DNA of 64,000 nucleotides from NCBI RefSeq assembly GCF_988243305.1, contig NZ_OZ547136.1; one strand, 5' to 3'. Shown piece by piece: positions 56,312 to 64,000 of this stretch (position 1 is its first letter; each line of letters starts with the position of its first letter). The notes under the pieces were generated by a model. It saw only the letters and a program-made list of their open reading frames with translations, ran no database searches and was not told where the DNA came from. The position numbers and the translations under genes were made by a program.

Positions 56312-57364
56312 ATGCCAGTGTTACACAACCGCATTTCCAACGACGCGTTAAAAGCCAAAATGTTGGCTGAGAGCGAACCGCGAACCACCATTTCGTTTTA
56401 TAAGTATTTCCACATCGCCGATCCTAAGGCGACCCGTGACGCTTTATATCAGCTGTTTACCGCGCTGAATGTTTTTGGGCGAGTGTATCTGGCGCATGAG
56501 GGTGTTAACGCGCAAATCAGCGTACCTGCGAGCAATGTTGAAACATTTCGCGCACAGCTCTATGCCTTCGACCCGGCTTTAGAGGGCTTACGCCTGAATA
56601 TCGCGTTGGATGATGACGGGAAATCCTTCTGGGTTCTGCGCATGAAGGTACGCGATCGCATTGTTGCCGACGGTATTGACGATCCTCACTTTGATGCCAG
56701 CAATGTGGGTGAGTATCTGCAAGCGGCGGAAGTGAACGCCATGCTTGACGATCCCGATGCATTGTTTATCGACATGCGTAACCACTATGAGTATGAAGTG
56801 GGGCACTTTGAAAACGCGCTGGAAATTCCGGCAGATACCTTCCGTGAGCAGCTGCCAAAAGCAGTCGAGATGATGCAGGCACATAAAGATAAAAAAATCG
56901 TTATGTACTGCACCGGTGGCATTCGTTGTGAAAAGGCCAGTGCCTGGATGAAACATAACGGATTCAATAAAGTCTGGCATATCGAGGGCGGAATTATTGA
57001 ATACGCCCGCAAGGCGCGCGAGCAGGGTTTACCGGTACGTTTTATTGGCAAAAATTTTGTTTTTGACGAGCGGATGGGCGAACGTATATCTGATGAGATT
57101 ATCGCGCATTGCCACCAGTGCGGTGCGCCGTGCGACAGCCATACCAACTGTAAAAATGATGGCTGCCACCTGCTGTTTATTCAGTGTCCAGTATGTGCGG
57201 AAAAATACAAAGGTTGTTGTAGTGAGATTTGCTGCGAAGAAAGCGCGTTACCGCCTGAAGAACAGCGACGCCGTCGGGCAGGACGTGAAAATGGCAATAA
57301 GATCTTTAATAAGTCTCGTGGACGTCTGAATACAACACTGGGCATTCCTGATCCAACAGAATAA
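56312..57364 (+). CDS. trhO: tRNA uridine(34) hydroxylase TrhO (YceA, rhodanese-domain)
   Basis: 350 aa from [17 protein letters not shown]; rhodanese motif [10 protein letters not shown]. Confidence 0.9.
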   Translation: MPVLHNRISNDALKAKMLAESEPRTTISFYKYFHIADPKATRDALYQLFTALNVFGRVYLAHEGVNAQISVPASNVETFRAQLYAFDPALEGLRLNIALDDDGKSFWVLRMKVRDRIVADGIDDPHFDASNVGEYLQAAEVNAMLDDPDALFIDMRNHYEYEVGHFENALEIPADTFREQLPKAVEMMQAHKDKKIVMYCTGGIRCEKASAWMKHNGFNKVWHIEGGIIEYARKAREQGLPVRFIGKNFVFDERMGERISDEIIAHCHQCGAPCDSHTNCKNDGCHLLFIQCPVCAEKYKGCCSEICCEESALPPEEQRRRRAGRENGNKIFNKSRGRLNTTLGIPDPTE

Positions 57365-57370
57365 ATATCA

Positions 57371-57395
57371 TTGCCGGATGCGTGTCATCCGGCAA
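57371..57395. terminator. Hairpin between convergent trhO and yceI
   Basis: ttgccggatgcgtgtcatccggcaa. Confidence 0.5.
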
Positions 57396-57405
57396 CATTT
57401 CACTC

Positions 57406-57981
57406 TTACTTCTGCTGTACGCCTTCCACTGAAATAATCAGATCCACTTCCTGAGAAGCTGGACCTAAATCTGTTTTGATATTGAAGTCCTTGAGCTTAA
57501 TTTTGCCTTCGGCCTCGAAGCCTGCACGTTTACCACCCCACGGGTCGTCGCCTTGACCAATTAATTTCGCTTCCAGCGTGACGGGTTTGGTTACGCCATT
57601 CAGCGTCAGATCGCCGGTAATATCCAGTTCGTCACCGTCTTTCTTCACGCTGGTGGAGGTGAATGTTGCCTGTGGATATTTTGCGGTATTGAGGAAATCT
57701 GCACTGCGAAGATGTTTATCGCGTTCGGCGTGATTAGTATCGACGCTGGTGGTGTTAATTGTCACATTCACTTTATCGGCAGCTGGATTTTTTTCATCAA
57801 AGGTAAAAGTACCGTCGAAATCTTTAAAGGTGCCATATAACCAGCTATAGCCAAGATGCTGGATGCGGAAGTTAACAAAGGCGTGCTGACCTTCTTTGTC
57901 AATTTTGTAATCGGCGGCAACCGCTGAACCGGCAGAGAACATCAGGGAAGCGAAGGTTAAACCAAGCAGGCTTTTTTTCAT
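57406..57981 (-). CDS. yceI: Periplasmic protein YceI
   Basis: 191 aa with signal peptide. Confidence 0.9.
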
Positions 57982-57984
57982 TTT

Positions 57985-58551
57985 TTATACTCCATAGTCA
58001 GATGACGACTTTCCCAGCATGCGCTTCAGAGTGTCGTCTTTATCGATGAAATGATGCTTCAGGGCCATAAATCCATGCATAACGGACAGTACTACGACGC
58101 TCCACGCGAGCCAAAAATGCAGGGCACCGGCAAAGTCAGCCTGTGCGCCAGCGTCGGCGAGGGTCGCGGGGACGTCAAACCAGCCAAAAACGCTGATCGG
58201 TTTACCATCGGCAGTTGAGATCAGATAGCCGCTGATGCCGATGGCGAACAGCAATAAGTACAATGCGAGATGTCCAGCCTTTGCGCCAAGACGAGTCATG
58301 GGCGAATAACTCTGCAGCGGACCCGGCGGTGGAGATATGACGCGCCACAGAACGCGAATAACCAGCCCCATCATTAACAAAATGCCGATGCTTTTATGCA
58401 CTTCGGGTGCTTTGTGATACCAGCCATCGTAATAACTGAGCGTGACCATCCACAGACCTAAAGCAAACATGCCGTAGACAATAATTGCGCTTAGCCAATG
58501 TAAGGCCGCAGATATAACACCATAGCGTTCAGGGGTATTTGTGAATGACAT
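57985..58551 (-). CDS. yceJ: Cytochrome b561 homologue YceJ
   Basis: 188 aa from MSFTNTPERYGVISAALHWLSAIIVYGMF. Confidence 0.9.
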   Translation of the reverse strand: MSFTNTPERYGVISAALHWLSAIIVYGMFALGLWMVTLSYYDGWYHKAPEVHKSIGILLMMGLVIRVLWRVISPPPGPLQSYSPMTRLGAKAGHLALYLLLFAIGISGYLISTADGKPISVFGWFDVPATLADAGAQADFAGALHFWLAWSVVVLSVMHGFMALKHHFIDKDDTLKRMLGKSSSDYGV

Positions 58552-58811
58552 AAGTGCATCCAAAACGAATTTGCGAGAGAAAGAAAATGGCGTGTCGGAG
58601 AATGAAATGCAACACAAAAATAACAAATTGAATGATATTTATTTTTATTTCAATAATTTTGAATTAATAATGAAAGAATCTTCATAAGTTTAGTGGATTC
58701 AGCATTTGGAAGGTCTGGTGAGTGCTGTAGAGGCAGGAAGAATCTCATTCAATTTTTCACGCTAAATGAAAGGGAGATTAAATATTTGTCAGTTTATGTC
58801 AGTACAGAAAA

Positions 58812-58925
58812 CTAAAAATAAAACACATAGATCAGATCCATAATTGCCAACAATCCCCAGAGAAAAAGATAAAGCATCAGATGCTCGCGAATATTATTGA
58901 TGAGATAGTGCAACAGCCGACGCAT
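58812..58925 (-). CDS. yceO: Small membrane protein YceO
   Basis: 37-codon [40 protein letters not shown], below the ORF-track size cut-off. Confidence 0.6.
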
Positions 58926-58972
58926 TAAATACTCCTGTAAAAACGGCCTCATTCTGGAGGCCGTAATGATGA

Positions 58973-60091
58973 TTATTGGAAGCGGGAAAGCCTGAATGGC
59001 GTCAAATCAAAATCGCTTTTTTTTTCTTGCGCAAAATCGGCAGCTATTTCCCCTAAAACTGACGCAAATTTAAAACCGTGCCCACTCAGGCCGGTAATGA
59101 GCAGTGTATTATCGTGGCCGGGTAGGGTATCGATAATAAAATCTTCGTCAGGCGAATTATCATAGGTGCAGGCAGCGCCGTACAGGCAGCAACCGATACC
59201 CGGCAATACATTGCGCAAGAACGGGAAGGCTTCCGAACCATCGCTGACCACTTCCGCAAACGGAACACGTTCATCCGCTGAATGGATAACCTGGCCTCCG
59301 TTATGTTTGCCAATCTTCAACGCGTCGTTTTCTGCCGGAAAACCATAATATTGATCGCCATTGGGCAGTTCACCGGTAAACGCCGGGAATTTATTCTTCA
59401 CGCTATAGCGACCATCGGCCTGATACCAGGCAAATACTTTGCGTACGGGCTGGACAGGCAGCTCCGGGAGCAGGTCTTTTACCCATGTTCCCGCGCAGAC
59501 AATCGCTTTTTTCGCCTGATAATCACCGTCAGCCGTTTCAATAGTTACGCCATCATCGTCATGACGAATTGCGGTGACCGGGCAGTTGAACAGCTGCGCA
59601 CAGCCCGCTTCCTTCGCCAGTTGGATCCAGGTTTTAATCGCCAGTTCGCTGCGCAAAAAACCGGAATCAGTCTCAAATAAGCCGATGTAGTTGTCCGGGA
59701 CGCGTATTTCCGGCCAGCGGGTCATAATCCCTTGCGCATCGAGCTTTTCAACGTTGAGTTGCCATTGTTCGGCGCTGTGGGCGACGTTGGCGAGAAATGT
59801 GGAATCAGCCGGGCCAAGGTTAATGACGCCAGAGCGTACAAAAATGGGATCTTCTTCGTTGTGGTGGGAGAGTTCATCCCACAGCGTTTGCGCGCGAAGA
59901 ACCAGCGGGACATACTTTTCGCCTTCACCATAAGCATGGCGAATTAATCGCGTATCGCCGTGGTGGCTGCCGTGTTGATGTGGTGGCATATGGGCGTCGG
60001 TCATAAGCACGTTTAAACCGGCGTGGGTTGCATAATACCCGGCGGCAGCGCCTACGGAACCGCTGCCAATAATGATGAGATCGTATTTCAT
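58973..60091 (-). CDS. solA: N-methyl-L-tryptophan oxidase SolA
   Basis: 372 aa, FAD-binding start [21 protein letters not shown]. Confidence 0.95.
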
Positions 60092-60205
60092 TTTTTTCTC
60101 TCTGCTCTCATGGTTTAAGCAGAGTAATTAACTGAATGCAGATATACAACCCAGAAATGGTAAAGGCACCGGTGAGGTGCCTTTTGGGTGGATGGTCATG
60201 TCATG

Positions 60206-60460
60206 TTAATGACGCCGATACTCGTTTACCGGGAAATCACCGGATTCAATTTTGGCGATTCCTGCTTCTAATATCGAAATAAATTGTCTGGCAACATCAG
60301 TGGTTAACCAGAGCGTCTGACCAACTTCAGTCCCTTCCTGCTCGGACTTATTTGGGGTCTGGTAGTGCAAACGCAACATCAGCGCATCATAGCTATCAAC
60401 GGTGCTGATGTCCCACCCTACGAGCGGATGAGTCTGAATGACTTCATTATTTTTTTCCAT
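60206..60460 (-). CDS. bssS: Biofilm regulator BssS
   Basis: 84 aa from MEKNNEVIQTHPLVGWDISTVDSYDALMLRLHYQ. Confidence 0.9.
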   Translation of the reverse strand: MEKNNEVIQTHPLVGWDISTVDSYDALMLRLHYQTPNKSEQEGTEVGQTLWLTTDVARQFISILEAGIAKIESGDFPVNEYRRH

Positions 60461-60701
60461 CATGGCCCCCTAATTCGTGTTACTAGACAACGTTATTCGA
60501 GGTTCAATGCGTTTTTATCTGAAGCAACTTCAGTATACCAATAAGTAAGGGTATTCACCGAATTTTTAAAGGGGGGAACAGATAAATTTTTGCTTTTAAG
60601 ATTTATATGAACAATAAAACAGCATGTCATTCATATTTTTTTAGCATATTGTGCAATTATTTTGAGGAAGTGTAGAAATTTTGTACTCGAAATTTGTAAG
60701 T

Positions 60702-60729
60702 AAAATAAAAAAGCCGGGGCGACCCGGCA
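60702..60729 (-). terminator. Rho-independent terminator downstream of dinI
   Basis: gccggggcgacccggc hairpin followed on the minus strand by ttttttatttt. Confidence 0.7.
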
Positions 60730-60749
60730 AAAACAAAAATCACTGCATA

Positions 60750-60995
60750 TTATTCGCTGACAAACCAGTCATCGGCGCTTTCCCACGTTTCCTGGATAAT
60801 TTCGCTAATGCGCTGTTTATCTTCTTTTGTCGCGCCAATAACCGATAAATTATTCGCTGCGGCATAACGTACCGATACGTGGCCTTCATTATCAGGAAAC
60901 GCATACTGAATACGGCGGGAAAGTTCGCCAGCCAGGGCGTCAATAGCCCCAGCTGGCAATGGAGAAGTTTTCGCTATGGTGACTTCAATTCGCAT
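60750..60995 (-). CDS. dinI: DNA-damage-inducible protein I
   Basis: 81 aa from MRIEVTIAKTSPLPAGAIDALAGELSRRIQYAFPDNEGHVSVRY. Confidence 0.95.
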   Translation of the reverse strand: MRIEVTIAKTSPLPAGAIDALAGELSRRIQYAFPDNEGHVSVRYAAANNLSVIGATKEDKQRISEIIQETWESADDWFVSE

Positions 60996-61068
60996 AATAG
61001 CCCCCTGTTGAATATACTGGTTATTTATACAGGTAAAATAACCTAATGACAACAGGAAGCTACGATTT

Positions 61069-62115
61069 TTATTGTTTAACGGACCAGCGTACCGTTTCTC
61101 CGGCGAGGAATGGCACCAGCGTGTCATCAGTCAGTGCGATGCTTTCAGCAACCTGTTGCTCTTCACGTACCAGTTCGATGAATGTGTCGTTGACCGGCAA
61201 GCCATAGAACTGCGGGCCGTTTACAGAACAGAATGCTTCAAAGTGCTGCAGAGCATTCATCTCTTCAAAGACGGTAGCGTAACTGCCCAGCGCGGTTGGG
61301 GCATTGAAGCAGCCCGCGCAGCCGCAGCTACTCTCTTTGCGATGACGTGCATGCGGCGCAGAATCCGTACCGAGGAATACGCGATTAAAACCGCTGGCGA
61401 CTAGTTCACGCAATGCCTGTTGGTGAATATTGCGTTTGAGGATGGGTAGACAATACAGATGTGGACGCACGCCACCAACCAGCATATGGTTGCGGTTAAA
61501 CATCAGATGCTGCGGAGTGATGGTGGCAGCCAGCCGTTCATTTCCGTTACGGACATAGTCGGCAGCATCTTTGGTGGTGATGTGCTCAAAAACGACTTTC
61601 AGCGCAGTCAGGCGCTGGCGCAGCGGTTCCATCACGCTTTCAATAAAGCGCGCTTCACGATCAAAAATGTCGATATCTGCATGTGTCACTTCACCATGCA
61701 CCAGTAACGGCATACCGATTTTTTCCATGCGCTCAAGTACCGGCATGATTGCGTCAACTGACGTCACGCCGTGACTGGAGTTAGTGGTTGCGTTTGCCGG
61801 GTAAAGTTTGGCAGCGGTGAACACGCCTTCGTTAAATCCACGCTCAAGCTCATTAGGGTCTAGTGAATCTGTCAAATAACAGGTCATCAGCGGGGTGAAA
61901 TCGTGCCCGGCAGGTACGGCGTCAAGAATACGCTGGCGATAAGCCACGGCAGCCTCAACGGTGGTCACGGGCGGAGCCAGATTGGGCATTACGATAGCCC
62001 GTCCATAAATTTCGCTGGTATACGGCACGACAGTTTTTAACATGTCGCCATCGCGGAGGTGAAGGTGCCAGTCGTCTGGGCGGCGGATCTTTAATACCTG
62101 GGATGGTGCAGTCAT
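61069..62115 (-). CDS. pyrC: Dihydroorotase
   Basis: 348 aa, [23 protein letters not shown] metal-binding start. Confidence 0.95.
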   Translation of the reverse strand: MTAPSQVLKIRRPDDWHLHLRDGDMLKTVVPYTSEIYGRAIVMPNLAPPVTTVEAAVAYRQRILDAVPAGHDFTPLMTCYLTDSLDPNELERGFNEGVFTAAKLYPANATTNSSHGVTSVDAIMPVLERMEKIGMPLLVHGEVTHADIDIFDREARFIESVMEPLRQRLTALKVVFEHITTKDAADYVRNGNERLAATITPQHLMFNRNHMLVGGVRPHLYCLPILKRNIHQQALRELVASGFNRVFLGTDSAPHARHRKESSCGCAGCFNAPTALGSYATVFEEMNALQHFEAFCSVNGPQFYGLPVNDTFIELVREEQQVAESIALTDDTLVPFLAGETVRWSVKQ

Positions 62116-62187
62116 TAATCTCTATGCTCCGGCTGAAGGGATGTTTTTGCCGGACACAAAGGATAAGCGGAAACGTTTTCCTTTGCA

Positions 62188-62216
62188 CGAAAAATAAAGG
62201 GCGCGAATGCGCCCTC
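62188..62216 (-). terminator. Rho-independent terminator downstream of yceB
   Basis: agggcgcgaatgcgccct hairpin followed on the minus strand by ttatttttcgt. Confidence 0.65.
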
Positions 62217-62220
62217 GTGA

Positions 62221-62781
62221 TTAATCAGTAAACGGAATGACAATTTCGCCTGGCTTCACTTCAATGCCTTTCGCCAGTTTCTTCGCCATTGCTTCGCCCT
62301 GGCTGCCATCTTCGCGCAGGACGTAAGCAGGTTGCTGGTTAAAGTAATTGCGTAATGCCTGGTTCAGATAGGGAAGCAACGTTTGCATCACCGTTTGCAT
62401 TTTTTCCGGTTGTACCGTCGCATCGACCACTTCCATCTCTTTCAGGAAGATCGCGCCTTTTTCTTTATCAAACACGGGCAGCGCTTTCAGCTTCAGTTTC
62501 ATGGTCGCTTTCTGGCTACCGAACAGGGAGTTCATGTCCAGATTGGCGTCTCCGGTTAGGGTAACCTTATTCGGCTCTTCGCGACCAATTTGGCTGGTCA
62601 GGTTTGTCAGAACAATATGGGCATCAGCCACGCCGGGTAAACCGATATCTTTTGAGAAATTATTATGTTTCGCAAGCGACTGGTTAATTTCTTGTTCGGT
62701 GATGGTGTATTGGGTGAGTTGATTACAGCCAACGAGCAGGCCACTGACGATCAATGCAGCGGCAAATAAAAACTTGTTCAT
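62221..62781 (-). CDS. yceB: Lipoprotein YceB
   Basis: 186 aa from MNKFLFAAALIVSGLLVGC. Confidence 0.9.
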   Translation of the reverse strand: MNKFLFAAALIVSGLLVGCNQLTQYTITEQEINQSLAKHNNFSKDIGLPGVADAHIVLTNLTSQIGREEPNKVTLTGDANLDMNSLFGSQKATMKLKLKALPVFDKEKGAIFLKEMEVVDATVQPEKMQTVMQTLLPYLNQALRNYFNQQPAYVLREDGSQGEAMAKKLAKGIEVKPGEIVIPFTD

Positions 62782-62914
62782 GGTAGTCCTCGACATGAAA
62801 TCTGCGTCAATATCCTGACACAACGCAGCATGTGTCACCAGCGATAAACGCGCCAGCAGAAAAAACTGAAAACGGCGGCAACCCGCGAATACAGGCTGCC
62901 GCGGCGGGTCAGGA

Positions 62915-63562
62915 TTAAATCGCCATTGATGATAACAAATTGATTTGTGTCTGTTTCGCCATATTATCGCGGTAATCAGCAACGCGGCTTGGCCAGTTGA
63001 TTCCGGCTACTAGCGTCAGATTACGCAGGAGCGGAAATAGCTGAATATCATCTTCCGAAAGTTCGCCATTCACGGCGTTCGGTTTGACGATCAGTTTGTC
63101 CAGCGCACGTAAATCATCGCTGATATTCTTAATCAGACCGTCAGAGTGGGCCAGCAGGTCGGCAAAATTACCCGCGCTGGCCTCTTTCTTTTCGACGAAA
63201 TATTTGCGCGCGGCAGGAGTAGAAAACTCATCAAATGCCGATTTGGCAAAACGCGGCAACAGCAGTTTGTTGGCGTAGCCATTGACCTTGCGCAACCACT
63301 CTTCAATGGCAGGGGAACGTTTGCCGGTCAGTAACGGTTTGCCGTCGAGTTTATCGACATAGTGAACGATGTCCATGCTTTCTGGCATATAGCGGCTGTC
63401 ATCTTTTTGCAGAATGGGAACCTGTTTTTGACCGACCATCCGGGTGGGTGTTTCTGCGTCGTCGTTGAGCAGAACATGTAATTCGACGGGGATATTTTTC
63501 AGGCCGAAAATCATGCGGGCTTTGAGGCAGTAAGGGCAGTGATCGTAAATGTATAGCTTCAC
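62915..63562 (-). CDS. grxB: Glutaredoxin 2
   Basis: 215 aa, CPYC active site (MKLYIYDHCPYCLKARM). Confidence 0.95.
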   Translation of the reverse strand: MKLYIYDHCPYCLKARMIFGLKNIPVELHVLLNDDAETPTRMVGQKQVPILQKDDSRYMPESMDIVHYVDKLDGKPLLTGKRSPAIEEWLRKVNGYANKLLLPRFAKSAFDEFSTPAARKYFVEKKEASAGNFADLLAHSDGLIKNISDDLRALDKLIVKPNAVNGELSEDDIQLFPLLRNLTLVAGINWPSRVADYRDNMAKQTQINLLSSMAI

Positions 63563-63625
63563 GTGACTCCTCCATTTGGCTGTCAGTTCACTTTCAGTAT
63601 GGAGGAGTCAGGGGGGAGTATCAAA

Positions 63626-64000
63626 TCAGGCGTCGCGTTCCAGCAAACGACGCGCGGCGCGTTTCTGGCTAAACTGCCAACCCAGCGCAAGGAAAGTGAA
63701 GATGCCAATAATGCCCAGCATCATCCACGGAAGCTCTGGCTGGTGCGCCGATTTGCCCAGGTCAAACAGCCAGCCGCCACCGATATAACCAATAGCGCCG
63801 CCAATCGCCAGACCCAGACGGCTAAACCCCATATAGCTGCCGCGAGCTCTTGCGTCTGCCAGCGAAGCACTTAAGGTTTCACGCGCAGGCTCGGCAATGA
63901 TCGACCCGATATAAAACAGACAAATTAGGGTGAAAAGTTGTTGCAAGCCGCTGACCATGCCCACTGGCATCATGCTTAATGACATTATCAACAGCCCAGC
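63626..64000 (-). CDS. mdtH: MFS multidrug transporter MdtH, C-terminal part only (gene runs off the window end)
   Basis: Hydrophobic C-terminal 120 aa ending ...RLLERDA; position after grxB. Confidence 0.8.

Overview
Escherichia coli-type chromosomal window in two parts. Positions 1 to about 37,000 are an IS-rich accessory island lying on the 3' side of tRNA-Ser (serX, minus strand, 37069..37156). Positions 37,000 to 64,000 are conserved core genes: ghrA-ycdXYZ, the divergent curli operons csgGFED / csgBAC, ymdAB-clsC, opgC, opgGH, yceK, msyB, mdtG, lpxL, trhO, yceI/J/O, solA, bssS, dinI, pyrC, yceB, grxB and the 3' end of mdtH. The island carries, left to right: a truncated IS3-family element abutting an IS1; an AT-rich block of hypothetical genes; a two-partner-secretion (CdiB/CdiA-like) remnant; a large SF1 helicase with a nuclease-like C-terminus; an IbrA/IbrB-like pair (PAPS-reductase-like plus ParB-like) followed by a PerC-like ORF; an IS481-like fragment; the aerobactin module shiF-iucABCD-iutA with its Fur-box promoter, in which iucD is split by a complete IS629 and which is bracketed by two further IS629 fragments; an IS66-family fragment; and a CP4-type module (YeeP-like GTPase, Ag43 with its Dam/OxyR GATC switch, DUF932, DUF905, antirestriction, RadC-like, YeeT, CbeA/CbtA toxin-antitoxin, YeeW, DUF4942). 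The best candidates for an undescribed system are the helicase-nuclease gene at 6426..9107 and the adjacent IbrAB-like pair, which I read as a possible defence or DNA-modification cassette. All calls rest on reading the translations and motifs by eye; no database search was run.
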